Assembly (NCBI GenBank): GCA_963798485.1
Contig: CAWCTR010000009.1
Span: forward strand, 48,721 to 112,720
Reading direction: 5' to 3'
DNA: 64,000 nt
Origin: an uncultured delta proteobacterium
GTDB lineage: Bacteria; Desulfobacterota; Desulfomonilia; UBA1062
The position numbers were made by a program, and so were the translations under genes. The notes under the pieces are model-generated. The model was not told the origin of the DNA. It saw only the letters and a program-made list of their open reading frames with translations, and ran no database searches. Within the stretch, counting starts at the first letter, position 1. Each line of letters starts with the position of its first letter. Shown one piece after another: positions 1 to 10,640 of this stretch.

Positions 1-111
1 ATCGCTCGCAGAGAGGCTCTCTGCGCTTCATGAAGATGACCGGGTGACGATTGTACATGCTATGCAAATTCTCCACCGGCTATTCGCACCTACGGACTTA
101 AGGGGGCAGCC

Positions 112-915
112 ATGACAATCCTGAGCATTAACCGACTTACCCGACGATTCGGGACGCTTGCCGCTGTAGATGATCTGACCCTTTCGGTTGAGGAAGGAGA
201 AGTATTCGGGCTGCTCGGGCCGAATGGAGCCGGGAAAACAACTCTCATCAAAATGTTGACGACTCTGCTCCCGCCGACCTCGGGCAATGCTGAAATAGCA
301 GGCTATGATATCCTTCGTCACTCCGGTGATGTACGTCGTATCATTGGTTATGTCCCCCAGATGCTTTCCGCTGACGGCAATCTTACAGGATATGAAAATC
401 TTCTCGTGTTTGCCAAGCTGTACAATATTCCGAGGGCCGAACGAAATAATCGCGTCCATGGGGCGCTGCAGCTCATGGAACTTACCGATGCCGCAGACAA
501 GATCGTCCGCACGTACTCGGGCGGTATGATCCGTCGGCTGGAAATAGCTCAATCCATGCTTCACAGACCGCGTCTGCTGTTTCTGGACGAACCCACCATT
601 GGTCTTGATCCGCTGGCACGCGGGGCGGTATGGGAATATATTGAGCTCCTGCGGGCCGAATACGGAACCACTATCTTTTTGACCACACATTACATGGAAG
701 AGGCTGATATCCTTTGTACCCGTATCTCGATCATGCACATGGGAAAGGTTGTTGTCACCGGGACCCCGGCAGAACTGAAGGAATCCATAGGGGCGGACGG
801 CGCGACATTGGATCACGTCTTTGCCCACTATGCAGGGGCCGAACTTAAATCGGAAAATGGAAGGGGTTACCGTGAGGTCTCAAGAACAAGAAGGACTGCG
901 CGGAGGCTTGGTTAG
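112..915 (+). CDS. ABC exporter ATP-binding protein (DrrA/NodI-like)
   Basis: Walker A GPNGAGKT, signature YSGGM, Walker B LFLDEPT, H-loop TTHYM. Confidence 0.95.
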   Translation: MTILSINRLTRRFGTLAAVDDLTLSVEEGEVFGLLGPNGAGKTTLIKMLTTLLPPTSGNAEIAGYDILRHSGDVRRIIGYVPQMLSADGNLTGYENLLVFAKLYNIPRAERNNRVHGALQLMELTDAADKIVRTYSGGMIRRLEIAQSMLHRPRLLFLDEPTIGLDPLARGAVWEYIELLRAEYGTTIFLTTHYMEEADILCTRISIMHMGKVVVTGTPAELKESIGADGATLDHVFAHYAGAELKSENGRGYREVSRTRRTARRLG

Positions 916-916
916 T

Positions 917-1723
917 ATGTCCGGGTCGGTATGGATGGACGTGATATCATGCATCTTCAATTTTATTGATAAAACCTTCGTGATTGCAGAGGTTGAAGTA
1001 CGAAAACTACGGCATGACTACTTTGAATTGATCACCCGCTCGATTCAGCCTATCCTATGGCTTCTCATCTTAGGGCAAGTCTTCAATCGTACGCACACGA
1101 TACCTACAGGAAATTTATCCTATATCTCGTATATGGCACCCGGCATCCTGGCGCAGAGTGTTCTCTTCGTTGCGATATTCTTCGGTATCGCGATCATCTG
1201 GGAGAGGGATCTGGGAATTCTCCACAAGTTCCTGGCAAGCCCTACACCGCGTGCAGCACTTGTTTTGGGGAAAGCCCTCTCAGCGGGCGTGCGCGGTCTT
1301 TCACAGGCAGCCATTATCTATATCACATCCCTCCTGCTTGGAGTTCAGATGAACTGGAATATTCCTGCGATCGTTATAATGTTAGCGATTGTGATCCTTG
1401 GTTCAGGTCTTTTCGCAACTTTTTCCCTGATCGTTGCCTGCATCGTGAAGACTCGCGACCGGTTCATGGGTATCGGTCAGATTCTGACCATGCCGCTCTT
1501 TTTTGCCAGTAATGCACTTTATCCCATATCCATGATGCCTCATTGGCTGCAGTTTTTCTCCCGCATCAATCCACTGACATACGAAGTGGATGCATTGCGT
1601 GCATTGATGGTGAGTGGGGCGGTAAGTGCCTATGGCGTGGGTACGGATGTGGTCATTTTGCTCCTTTCATTAACTCTTCTCGTCGGAATCGGTGCGTGGA
1701 TGTACCCGAAAATTGTGATTTGA
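917..1723 (+). CDS. ABC-2 type exporter permease (DrrB-like)
   Basis: About six hydrophobic segments, PGILAQSVLF and RINPLTY motifs; ATG at 917 directly after the ATPase stop. Confidence 0.9.
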   Translation: MSGSVWMDVISCIFNFIDKTFVIAEVEVRKLRHDYFELITRSIQPILWLLILGQVFNRTHTIPTGNLSYISYMAPGILAQSVLFVAIFFGIAIIWERDLGILHKFLASPTPRAALVLGKALSAGVRGLSQAAIIYITSLLLGVQMNWNIPAIVIMLAIVILGSGLFATFSLIVACIVKTRDRFMGIGQILTMPLFFASNALYPISMMPHWLQFFSRINPLTYEVDALRALMVSGAVSAYGVGTDVVILLLSLTLLVGIGAWMYPKIVI

Positions 1724-1848
1724 AAATGAAATGTGTCCCCCACAAATAGCTGGAATCAGTAAGGCTGCAACCGGGGGAAAGCCCGCGAAGATTGCTTTCA
1801 ATTATTATCTGTACAGCAAGAGCTTACCTTAGGTAAAAAGAGATAGAC

Positions 1849-3123
1849 ATGCGAGTGCTCCTCATCTCCGCCAATACGGAACAGATAAATATACTTCCCT
1901 TACCTCTCGGTCTGAATTGCGTTGCTGTGGCAACGCGAAACGCCGGGCATGAGGTGCAATTGCTTGACCTTATGGCCCAAAGGAATAACCGGTTGTCTGT
2001 CATGGAGGAACTTGAGGCCTTTCATCCCGAGGCAATAGGCATCTCCGTGAGGAACATCGACGACCAGAATATGAAAAACCCCAGATTCCTCCTGGATCAC
2101 GTTAAAAAGGTGGTGGAAGACTGCCGGAGCCTTTCCTCTGCCCCTATCATTCTGGGAGGTGCAGGCTACAGTATATTTCCGGAAAGTGCCTTACAATATC
2201 TGGAAGCCGACATGGGGATACAGGGAGAAGGTGAGGCGGCATTCCCCATCCTTCTGGATCGGATCGAACGAGGTGTAGGCCTCTCGGGTGTGCCAGGGCT
2301 CTATGTACGGGGTCTCGGCCTCCAGGCGCAAAGGGAGTTTGTGGAAGATGCGGATGCATTACCTCTTCCTGATCCTCATATTTCATCTCTCTCAGCCCCC
2401 GATTATCAAGAAATCTGGATGCCGGTTCAGACAAGGCGCGGCTGTCCCATGAACTGCAGTTTTTGCTCTACCGGGACTATCGAGGGCCGTTCAATCAGGA
2501 TGCGAAGCCCGGAGCTCGTCTTGAAGCAAATTGCCGGTCATGTCGACGTCGGCTTCCGGACGTTCTATTTTGTCGATAACACCTTCAATATTCCGCTGCA
2601 TTATGCTAAAGAAATTTGCCGCAAGCTCATAGAAAGCCGGCTGAACATATCCTGGAGGTGCATCCTTTACCCCGGCATGGTTGATGAAGAGTTTGTCGAG
2701 CTTCTGGCAAAGGCCGGCTGCATAGAAGTCAGCCTGGGTTTTGAAAGCGGCTGCGAGCGAATCCTGCGCATGATGAACAAAAAATATGCTCCCAAGACCA
2801 TTCTACGAACTTCCGAGATGCTTAAGGATGCCGGCATCAAGAGGATGGGATTCCTCCTCCTGGGAGGGCCCGGCGAAACAAAGGAGTCTGTTGAAGAGAG
2901 CCTCTCCTTTGCCGATTCGCTGCAGCTGGATGCATTAAAAGTAACTGTAGGCATCCGTATCTATCCTCACACGGCTTTAGCGAAAACCGCCATGGACGAA
3001 GGTTTGATCCTGACGGAAGAAGAGCTCCTTTTGCCGAGATTTTATATGGTTAAAGAACTTGATGACTGGCTGAACAATACCATGAGCATGTGGATGGCTG
3101 ACCGGCCTCATTGGATGCATTAA
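1849..3123 (+). CDS. B12-binding domain radical SAM protein
   Basis: N-terminal cobalamin-binding-like domain (PLGL..., GISVRNID, ILGGAG) and RGCPMNCSFC (CxxxCxxC). Confidence 0.9.
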   Translation: MRVLLISANTEQINILPLPLGLNCVAVATRNAGHEVQLLDLMAQRNNRLSVMEELEAFHPEAIGISVRNIDDQNMKNPRFLLDHVKKVVEDCRSLSSAPIILGGAGYSIFPESALQYLEADMGIQGEGEAAFPILLDRIERGVGLSGVPGLYVRGLGLQAQREFVEDADALPLPDPHISSLSAPDYQEIWMPVQTRRGCPMNCSFCSTGTIEGRSIRMRSPELVLKQIAGHVDVGFRTFYFVDNTFNIPLHYAKEICRKLIESRLNISWRCILYPGMVDEEFVELLAKAGCIEVSLGFESGCERILRMMNKKYAPKTILRTSEMLKDAGIKRMGFLLLGGPGETKESVEESLSFADSLQLDALKVTVGIRIYPHTALAKTAMDEGLILTEEELLLPRFYMVKELDDWLNNTMSMWMADRPHWMH

Positions 3124-3208
3124 GTTGAGCTTGAAACGAGACATGAGGTGTGATGAATCCCAATTGTCAATGCTGGTACAGGTGACAAAGATAATATCCA
3201 TGAACTGA

Positions 3209-3502
3209 TCACTGCTCGCCCTTGCCGGTTCCCGACTCCTCAGAGGCATCCTGTCTGTCCAGCATCACCCTCACCTTTGGCGGCAGGTAAGTCATATCAG
3301 AATCGGTCTTCCCTATGGCCTCGAGGATCAGCCTGTTCTTCTCCCGGTATGGGGCATGCTCGTCGAAGATCACATGTACCCTGCCTTCCACCCGGCAGAC
3401 CCCGCCTTTACGGTTGATCCTGTCTTCAATGACCTCGATCCCGGCTGAGGATGCCGTCTCGTAGAGCAACACGAAGAGTTCTCTATCCTTGCGATCGTAC
3501 AT
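3209..3502 (-). CDS. Hypothetical protein
   Basis: 97-aa ORF right after the cupin gene; KGGVCRVEG and YLPPKVR look like a conserved small-protein family. Confidence 0.65.
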   Translation of the reverse strand: MYDRKDRELFVLLYETASSAGIEVIEDRINRKGGVCRVEGRVHVIFDEHAPYREKNRLILEAIGKTDSDMTYLPPKVRVMLDRQDASEESGTGKGEQ

Positions 3503-3513
3503 ATCTTCGAGCG

Positions 3514-3876
3514 TCAGCTCCTTCCGAAATCATCTTCAAGGCGGACTATGTCGTCTTCGCCAAAGTACTCGCCCTGCTGGACCTCTATAAATACCAGCGG
3601 CGTATCTCCTATATTCTCGATGCGGTGCTGCGCCCTTAAGGGGATATCAATGGAATCATTTGCGGCAAGCTTCACCTGTCTTCCATCTACGGAAACAAGC
3701 CCGCACCCGGAAACCACTACCCAGTGCTCGCTGCGCCTTTGATGATACTGGAGGCTCAGGCGCTTACCAGGCCGGACAGTGATCCGCTTGACCTTGTGGT
3801 CCTTCCGGTCATCCGAGAGCACCTCATAAAAGCCCCATGGCCTATGCTCTTCTTTCTTATGATTCTCCATGGTCAT
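3514..3876 (-). CDS. Mannose-6-phosphate isomerase type II C-terminal cupin protein
   Basis: RPWG, LSLQYHQRRSEHWVVV and IEVQQGEYFGEDDIVRLEDDFGR motifs; start at 3876 or 3870. Confidence 0.9.
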   Translation of the reverse strand: MTMENHKKEEHRPWGFYEVLSDDRKDHKVKRITVRPGKRLSLQYHQRRSEHWVVVSGCGLVSVDGRQVKLAANDSIDIPLRAQHRIENIGDTPLVFIEVQQGEYFGEDDIVRLEDDFGRS

Positions 3877-3918
3877 ACCCTTGTGGCGCACGATAGCGTC
3901 AGGCAGTGTTGTGATCAA

Positions 3919-3954
3919 GAAAAAAGAGGGGGTGCCTTGTGCACCCCCTCTTTT
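3919..3954 (-). terminator. Intrinsic terminator (potentially bidirectional)
   Basis: aaaagagggggtgc-cttgt-gcaccccctctttt hairpin just after the FeS oxidoreductase stop. Confidence 0.85.
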
Positions 3955-3987
3955 GTGAGATTCAGGGTTGGAACTGTTTGTTGAAAG

Positions 3988-6138
3988 TTAAGCCTCGCCC
4001 TCTTGGGCCTTCTTGCCCTTGAGATCGATGCCCGCGGCCCTGGCCACCAGGGTCGCGATATCCGCCGATTGGAGCTTTTCGCTGAGCTCCAGCTCCTTGA
4101 TACCATCGCTCAGCATGGTGAAACAGAACGGGCATGCAGTGCATATCGTCTTTGCACCGGCATCCAGGGCCTCGTTGGTCCTCTTCTGGTTGATCCTTGT
4201 GCCCAGGTCCTCCTCCATCCACATCCTGCCTCCGCCTGCGCCGCAGCAGAAGCTCTTCTCATGGTGGCTCTTCATCTCCACCATGGGGCTCGAGCTGATG
4301 GCCTTGAGGATGTCGCGCGGCTGGTCGTAGACCTTGTTGTAACGGCCCAGATAGCAGGAGTCGTGATAGGTAATGGTGCCGAGGTCGCTGATGCGTTCTT
4401 TGATCTTGATCTTGCCGCTCTTGATGAGCGTATCGAGGATCTCCGTATAGTGATAGACCTCGAAATTGCCGCCGAGCTCTTTATAGTCGTACTTCAGGGT
4501 ATTGAAACCATGGGGGCACAGGGTGATGATCTTGCTCACGTTATAGCCCTTGAAGGTTTCGATGTTGGCCATGGCCAGGGCCTGATAGATATACTCGTTT
4601 CCGAGCTTCTTGGCCGAGTCTCCGCAGCAGCCCTCCTCGGTGCCGAGGATTGCATAGTCGAGCCCTGCCGCTTCAAAGATCTTAGCCAATGAGACTGCCA
4701 CACGCTTGTTCAGGTCATCGAATGCGCCTGCGCAGCCCACATAGAAGAGGTACTCGGCGCTGCCCTTCTCGGAAAGCAACGGGATCCCGAGGTCTTTGGC
4801 CCAATCGGCGCGGGTATGGGCGCCGATGCTCCACGGGTTGGAGTTATTCTCCATGCCCTTGAATACACCCATAAGCTCGGGGGCGAAGTCGGACTCCATC
4901 ATGACCATGTAACGCCTGAGCTCAATGAGCTTCGGGAACTGGAGAAGATAACACGGACAGGCCTCGACGCAGGCCATACAGGTGGTACAGGCCCAGGCGG
5001 TTTCCTTTTCGATACAGTCGCCAATGAGCTTGGGACCGGTATATTCCTCATCCGGTATGATGCGGTAGCTGCCGTCGGCATCGATTGCGAACTTGGCCTT
5101 CTCTTCGAGATAGGTCCTGATATTCTGGATGACGTCCCTCGGTTTCAAAGGCTTGTCGGTATTGAATGCAGGACAAACCTCCACACACCTTCCGCACCTG
5201 ATGCAAGCCTCTTGGTCGAACAGGTCTTTCCACGAGTATTCCTCAACGTTGTGAATGCCGAAGGTCTCGGCGCACTCGAACATCTCAGGCGGCATGACCC
5301 TGATGGGGGGCACATCGGCGGTTGAACGGAGAAATATGTTCGCCGGCGTCATGAAGATGTGCAGGAGCTTGGTATAACCGATATAGACGAAGAAGGTGAG
5401 CGCCATGAGCACATGGACCCACCAGAGCAGATAATGGGTTCCCCTGATAGCATGTTCGCTCGTACCCGAGAAGAGATATGCAACGATCCTGCCTCCCGGA
5501 GAGAACCACACATATTTATACATGATGCTCGTGGGGTTCAGCTCAACGGCTTGCATCCTCAGGCCTTCTATGAAGAATCCCGTCACCAGGATGGCAAGGA
5601 TGAACCACAGGGTGATGTTATCCTCGGGCTTCTGGTCAAGCCAGTTCGGCTTCATCACGTATCTCCGGTACAACGCCATGAGGATACCGACAATGGCGAG
5701 CATGCCGAATACATTGGCAAAGAGCTTCATGATGAGGTAGAACTTCCCCTTCATAAACCAGATGCCGGTAATAGGAAAGAAGATGTCCGCCTGGAAGAAC
5801 ACGATGGCGGTCGTGATGGTCAGCGCTATGAACCCATAGAAGATGAACAAATGGAATATGCCCTGATAGGGTTCCCTAAGGATCTTCCTATGTCCGAATA
5901 CATCACCGAATGCGAACCAGAACCGGCCCCACAGGTCATCGAGCCTGTTACTCTCCGTGCCGGTGGCCTTCATCATCACCTTCACTCGTGTCCAGAACCC
6001 TCCCTTGTAAAGAGCCCTGCCTAACAGCACGAATGACGTAAGGGCTAATATATAGAGGATAATCTGTTCCGTATAGGAACCAGGACTTAAGATGTTCCAA
6101 AAGACTTCTCTGGTAATTTCTCCCTTTGGACCGTGCAT
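3988..6138 (-). CDS. Membrane FeS/CCG oxidoreductase (FadF/HdrF/ETF:menaquinone oxidoreductase-like)
   Basis: NarI-like His-containing membrane domain, CIRCGRCVEVCP and CTTCMACVEACP, two CCG domains; follows etfAB. Confidence 0.88.
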   Translation of the reverse strand: MHGPKGEITREVFWNILSPGSYTEQIILYILALTSFVLLGRALYKGGFWTRVKVMMKATGTESNRLDDLWGRFWFAFGDVFGHRKILREPYQGIFHLFIFYGFIALTITTAIVFFQADIFFPITGIWFMKGKFYLIMKLFANVFGMLAIVGILMALYRRYVMKPNWLDQKPEDNITLWFILAILVTGFFIEGLRMQAVELNPTSIMYKYVWFSPGGRIVAYLFSGTSEHAIRGTHYLLWWVHVLMALTFFVYIGYTKLLHIFMTPANIFLRSTADVPPIRVMPPEMFECAETFGIHNVEEYSWKDLFDQEACIRCGRCVEVCPAFNTDKPLKPRDVIQNIRTYLEEKAKFAIDADGSYRIIPDEEYTGPKLIGDCIEKETAWACTTCMACVEACPCYLLQFPKLIELRRYMVMMESDFAPELMGVFKGMENNSNPWSIGAHTRADWAKDLGIPLLSEKGSAEYLFYVGCAGAFDDLNKRVAVSLAKIFEAAGLDYAILGTEEGCCGDSAKKLGNEYIYQALAMANIETFKGYNVSKIITLCPHGFNTLKYDYKELGGNFEVYHYTEILDTLIKSGKIKIKERISDLGTITYHDSCYLGRYNKVYDQPRDILKAISSSPMVEMKSHHEKSFCCGAGGGRMWMEEDLGTRINQKRTNEALDAGAKTICTACPFCFTMLSDGIKELELSEKLQSADIATLVARAAGIDLKGKKAQEGEA

Positions 6139-6170
6139 AGCCCCCCCCTGAATCTTAAATTATATACGTC

Positions 6171-6201
6171 AAGGGGCGGACGATATCGCCCGCCCCTTTT
6201 T
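6171..6201. terminator. GC-rich intergenic hairpin between etfA and the FeS oxidoreductase
   Basis: aaggggcgg...ccgcccctt stem; the T-run is on the + side, so it is a weak terminator for the - strand operon. Confidence 0.5.
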
Positions 6202-6209
6202 GCTTTGTG

Positions 6210-7178
6210 TTAACCTTTTATCTTCTTGACTTCGTCGATGAGCGCCGGGACGACATTGAAGAGGTCATCCACTACACCGTAGTCGGCCTTCGTGAAGATA
6301 GGCGCCTCGGCATCCTTGTTGATGGCAACGATCACCTTGGAGGTACCCATACCGGCCATATGCTGAATGGCCCCGGAGATGCCGCAGGCGATGTAAAGGT
6401 TCGGGCTTACGGTCTTACCGGTCTGGCCGACCTGGTAGGAATGTCCCCTCCACCCTGCATCGACCGCGGCCCTGGAGGCGCCGGTGGTGGCAGTGGGGCC
6501 GAAGAGGTGCGCGAGGTCTTCGAGCATCTTGTAGTTCTCAGGACCTTTCATACCTCTGCCGCCTGACACAATGATCTCGGCCTCGGTCTGATCCGGCTCT
6601 GTGGTAGCCGCTACCTCAACCGCCTTCACCTTTGCCTTTATCTTGGCTGCATCGAGGCTTACAGCAACCTTCTCGACTGCTCCTGCCCCTGCGATTTCCT
6701 TGGAACCAAGGGCATTCGGCCTGACTGAGACGACCTGGGGGTTGCCCATGGACTCAACCATGGCATAGGCCTTGCCGGCATACAATGGTCTCTTGGCGAT
6801 GATCTTGTCGCCTTCCTTCTTCACGTCAACACAGTCGGAAACGGCGCCCACATTAAGCCTGGCTGCCATCGCCGGAGCAAAATCCTTGCCCTGTGCGGAT
6901 GCACTGCAGAAGATTACCGCCGGCTGGACCTTCTGTGCTACCTGGACGAACGCCTGGACAAAGGCCTCGGGGATATAGTTTTCAAACTCGGGCCCGTCGA
7001 CCACGTAAATCTTGTCCGCTCCGTACTTTGCAAGCTGCGGAGCCAAAGCCTCTGCGCCCTTGCCGATGACGCATGCGCTGACTTCGCCGCCTAATTCCTT
7101 GGCCTTGCTGGTTATCTCAAAGGCGCCCTTCTTGATTTCGCCCTTCTGAACTTCCGCGTAAATTAATGTTCCTGGCAT
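6210..7178 (-). CDS. etfA: Electron transfer flavoprotein alpha subunit
   Basis: IIVSGGRG, ASRAAVDAGW, QVGQTGKTVSPNLYIACGISGAIQH. Confidence 0.97.
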   Translation of the reverse strand: MPGTLIYAEVQKGEIKKGAFEITSKAKELGGEVSACVIGKGAEALAPQLAKYGADKIYVVDGPEFENYIPEAFVQAFVQVAQKVQPAVIFCSASAQGKDFAPAMAARLNVGAVSDCVDVKKEGDKIIAKRPLYAGKAYAMVESMGNPQVVSVRPNALGSKEIAGAGAVEKVAVSLDAAKIKAKVKAVEVAATTEPDQTEAEIIVSGGRGMKGPENYKMLEDLAHLFGPTATTGASRAAVDAGWRGHSYQVGQTGKTVSPNLYIACGISGAIQHMAGMGTSKVIVAINKDAEAPIFTKADYGVVDDLFNVVPALIDEVKKIKG

Positions 7179-7196
7179 GATTGTCCCCTCCTCACC

Positions 7197-7973
7197 TTAG
7201 ATGATCTTCACTTCTTCATGCAAGGCCTTTGCAAGAGCTGCCGCCTTGACCTTTGCATCGTCGCCCGTGATGATCTTGCCAGCCTGGCGGGCCGGAGGCA
7301 AAGACATCTCCTTAACAACCGTCATGGGGCCTGTGCTCACGCCGAGTCCGCCCGCATTCTTCACGTCAACGGGTTTCTTCTTGGCCTTCATGATGCCGGG
7401 CAGTGAAGCGTACCGTGGCTCGTTCAGACCTTTCTGGGCCGACAACACGGCCGGAAGCGGGACATCAAGGACCATCTGGCCGCCTTCGATCTCTCTGGTT
7501 ACCGTGGCGCTCTTCTTGTCGGCCGCAACATCCAGCTTGATCACCTGGGTCACCACGGGCAGACCGAGCAGCTCGCCGAGCATTGCCGGGACCTGGCCGC
7601 AGTCGTCATCAATGGCCTGCTTGCCAAGGAACACTGCGTCATAGGTAAGCCCCTTGATGGCTGCCGCCAGGACCTGGGCCGTTGCATACGGATCGGCCTT
7701 GTCGTAGTAAGCGCCGTCATTGATGTGGACTGCATCGTCGGCACCCATAGCCAATGCGGTGCGGATAGACTCGATGGCCCTGTCGGGACCGAGCGTAACG
7801 ATGGTCACTTTGCCTGCATTCATCTTCTCCTTCATACGGATTGCCTCTTCAACGGCAAACTCGTCAAAAGAAGAGATGACCCACTTGATTCCTTCTGCTG
7901 CGATTGTCGTACCTGCTATCTTGATCAATGTCTCGGTATCAGGTACCTGTTTCAAGCAAACAACAGTATTCAC
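7197..7973 (-). CDS. etfB: Electron transfer flavoprotein beta subunit
   Basis: VCLKQVPD, GKQAIDDD, NEPRYASLPGIMKAKKKP; GTG start after a GGAGG RBS. Confidence 0.97.
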   Translation of the reverse strand: MNTVVCLKQVPDTETLIKIAGTTIAAEGIKWVISSFDEFAVEEAIRMKEKMNAGKVTIVTLGPDRAIESIRTALAMGADDAVHINDGAYYDKADPYATAQVLAAAIKGLTYDAVFLGKQAIDDDCGQVPAMLGELLGLPVVTQVIKLDVAADKKSATVTREIEGGQMVLDVPLPAVLSAQKGLNEPRYASLPGIMKAKKKPVDVKNAGGLGVSTGPMTVVKEMSLPPARQAGKIITGDDAKVKAAALAKALHEEVKII

Positions 7974-8047
7974 AGTAAACCTCCTTCCTCTTTGTTTTTA
8001 TCCTGTAGGCATCTTTAGTTTATGCCCTGTTTCCCTATGAAACCTGC

Positions 8048-10024
8048 TTACCTATCCTTAAAGACCGGCTTGCGTTTGTTCTGGAAGGCATCGGTCCCTT
8101 CCTTGCCGTCATTCGAGATGGTGACCCTCGCGAAGTTTTCCACCTCGATTTCCAGGCCCTCGTCCATGCTGACATCCAGGCCCGAGCATGCCGCATCAAT
8201 GGCCGCACTTACCGAGAGCCTGCTCTTGGATGCTATTACCTTGGCCAGGGCCCTGGCCTCGTCCATGAGGCTGCCCTGAGGGACAACCTTGTTCACAAGG
8301 CTTGCCGCCAAGGCCTCGGCAGGTGTTATATGGTTACCGGTAAGGATCATCTCCAGGGCCTTGCCCTTGCCGACGATCCTCGGCAGCCGTTGGGTTCCGC
8401 CAAAGCCCGGCATTATCCCCAGGTTGATCTCGGGTAATCCCAGACGCGCCTTGTCGGAGGCGATGCGCATATGGCAGGCCATGGCCAGTTCGAGCCCGCC
8501 GCCAAGGCAGAACCCGTTTATCACGCAGATGATGGGCCTTAATGCGCCTTCAATAGTGTTCATCATGAGGTGGCCCTTGTGCGCATAGTCTTCTACCTGT
8601 TGGATGCTCTTTAATCGCTGGATCTCGCCGATATTGGCGCCGGCGACAAAGGCCTTGCCCTTACCGGTGAGCAGGATCACGCGGACAGAGTTGTCCGCAC
8701 ATGCGGCCAGCACCATATTCGTAATGTCGTCTATTGTCTTGATGCTCAGCACGTTCATGGGCGGATTCTCAATGGCCATAACTGCAACACCGTCCCCATC
8801 AACCTCATAGGTGCAGTTTGCAAAGATGCTCTCGCCCTGGGCGAGTTTGTCCAGGATCGCAGGGGCGCTGAAGCGCTCAGACCCGTACTCGTCGGCCAAC
8901 GCACAGAAGATGTCATGGATCGTTGACCAGCCCACCTTCTCTTCGGCAAAGTGGAGCGGGCCCCAGGAGACCTTGGTGGGGAAGTTGGTGCCGTAGACCA
9001 TGCCCGTATCGCAATCATGGGCACTTGCCAGACCCTCGGATACTATCAGGAGCGACTCCCTTATCTGCACGGTTAATAGCCGCTCAGGAGAGAAGGCAAG
9101 ACCGCTCATGCCGTTCTTCTTCCTCCATGCGGTCAGAAAGGCTTGCGCCTCCTTGGATGGGGCCTTTGTCTTGCCGGAATAGTCATAAAAACCTTTGCCC
9201 GTCTTCTGGCCGTACATGCCCTTCTTCACCAGGGCCTTCATGAGTTCCGGCGTAGGTGCCCGGCTGCCGAATGACTCTTCTAATGACTCGGAGGCGTGCA
9301 GGCCGACATCGAGGCCCACAAGGTCCCACAGTGCAAAGGGGCCCATGGGCATGCCGAACGCTACCATGGCCTCGTCGATCTCCTCCATGGTTGCCTCGCC
9401 ATCCATCAACGAGAGCACTGCCTCGTTCAGATAGGGGATGAGCACGCGGTTCACGGCAAATCCGGGGCCGTTCTTCACCTTGATGGGAACCTTATCAATG
9501 AACAGCGTGAATTCCATCATGGCATTGACGGTCTGGGCAGAGGTATTCTCGTCGTATATTATCTCCAGGAGCTTCATCACAGGGACCGGATTGAAGAAGT
9601 GCAGCCCTACGAAACGGTCTTTTTTCTTGATCGTGCCGGCAATTTCAGTGAGCGACAATGATGATGTGTTGGTGGCGAGGATCGTCCGTTCGGGGCAGAG
9701 CTTTTCGAGCTCTGCAAAGATGACCTGCTTGAGTTTCATGACCTCGGGGACGGCCTCAATAACCAGGTCCACCTCGCTCATGAATTTCTTGTCGTATTGA
9801 ACGGAACCCTTAAGGAGATTCTGTCCGGCCTGGGCCTTCTTCGGGTCGAGTTTGCCCTTGGCGACCAGCTTGTCATAGACCGCCTTGGATGTGGCAAGGG
9901 CCTTGTCCACGAACTTCTGTTCGACGTCCTTGATGAAGCACTCGATGCCCACTGATGAGAGGACATGGGCAATCCCTCCTCCCATGGCACCACCACCGAT
10001 TACAGCGGCCTTCTTAATCTGCAT
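8048..10024 (-). CDS. 3-hydroxyacyl-CoA dehydrogenase / enoyl-CoA hydratase fusion (HAD N-terminal, ECH C-terminal)
   Basis: GGGAMGGG Rossmann motif, ATNTSS, GLHFFNP; C-terminal crotonase AFVAGA, GGGLELA, GLPEINLG. Confidence 0.93.
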   Translation of the reverse strand: MQIKKAAVIGGGAMGGGIAHVLSSVGIECFIKDVEQKFVDKALATSKAVYDKLVAKGKLDPKKAQAGQNLLKGSVQYDKKFMSEVDLVIEAVPEVMKLKQVIFAELEKLCPERTILATNTSSLSLTEIAGTIKKKDRFVGLHFFNPVPVMKLLEIIYDENTSAQTVNAMMEFTLFIDKVPIKVKNGPGFAVNRVLIPYLNEAVLSLMDGEATMEEIDEAMVAFGMPMGPFALWDLVGLDVGLHASESLEESFGSRAPTPELMKALVKKGMYGQKTGKGFYDYSGKTKAPSKEAQAFLTAWRKKNGMSGLAFSPERLLTVQIRESLLIVSEGLASAHDCDTGMVYGTNFPTKVSWGPLHFAEEKVGWSTIHDIFCALADEYGSERFSAPAILDKLAQGESIFANCTYEVDGDGVAVMAIENPPMNVLSIKTIDDITNMVLAACADNSVRVILLTGKGKAFVAGANIGEIQRLKSIQQVEDYAHKGHLMMNTIEGALRPIICVINGFCLGGGLELAMACHMRIASDKARLGLPEINLGIMPGFGGTQRLPRIVGKGKALEMILTGNHITPAEALAASLVNKVVPQGSLMDEARALAKVIASKSRLSVSAAIDAACSGLDVSMDEGLEIEVENFARVTISNDGKEGTDAFQNKRKPVFKDR

Positions 10025-10049
10025 GGCTTGCGAACCTCCTCAAATTGAT

Positions 10050-10640
10050 TCAGTTATTCCCCTTCACCAGTCCGTTGAGGAAGGAGTTCCCCACCATAAT
10101 CGCCACTTCATGGACATCGAAACGTTTGCGCTTGGCCGTTACAAGATAGGTAGAAAGCTCATCCAATGAACCAAAGATAACCCTGGCGCAAAGCTCGGGC
10201 TTAAGCTCGTCCCGAAATACACCCTGCTGCTGGCCCTGGACGACAATGTCTGCAATGATATTGAGATATGCGAGAAAATGCTTGTTCTTGTATTCCCGCA
10301 TGAATTTATTCGACTGTCTGAGCTCGACCTGTATAACCTCTGCCAGCGCCCGGTCGGCCTCTACGATGGTGAGATGGTTGTCACAAAATTTAATGAGCTT
10401 CATGCGCGGGTCGTCGATGGCTTCCAGCTCGGTCTTCACGGTCTTGATGATCCTGGTGAGCTCTTCTTCAAACAGCGAGATCAGGATATCGTCCTTGTTC
10501 TTGAAATAGAGGTATATGGTCCCGTCAGCCACGTGGGCCTCTCGGGCGATTTCGGACACCTTCGAGTTGTAGAAGCCCTCCATTGCAAAAACCTGTTTCG
10601 CAGCATTCAATATCATACGATATTTTTCTTCACCCCTCAT
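10050..10640 (-). CDS. fadR: TetR-family fatty acid metabolism regulator (Bacillus FadR/YsiA-like)
   Basis: IAREAHVADGTIYLYFKNKDDILISLF and VELRQSN closely resemble YsiA; lies upstream of beta-oxidation genes. Confidence 0.85.
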   Translation of the reverse strand: MRGEEKYRMILNAAKQVFAMEGFYNSKVSEIAREAHVADGTIYLYFKNKDDILISLFEEELTRIIKTVKTELEAIDDPRMKLIKFCDNHLTIVEADRALAEVIQVELRQSNKFMREYKNKHFLAYLNIIADIVVQGQQQGVFRDELKPELCARVIFGSLDELSTYLVTAKRKRFDVHEVAIMVGNSFLNGLVKGNN

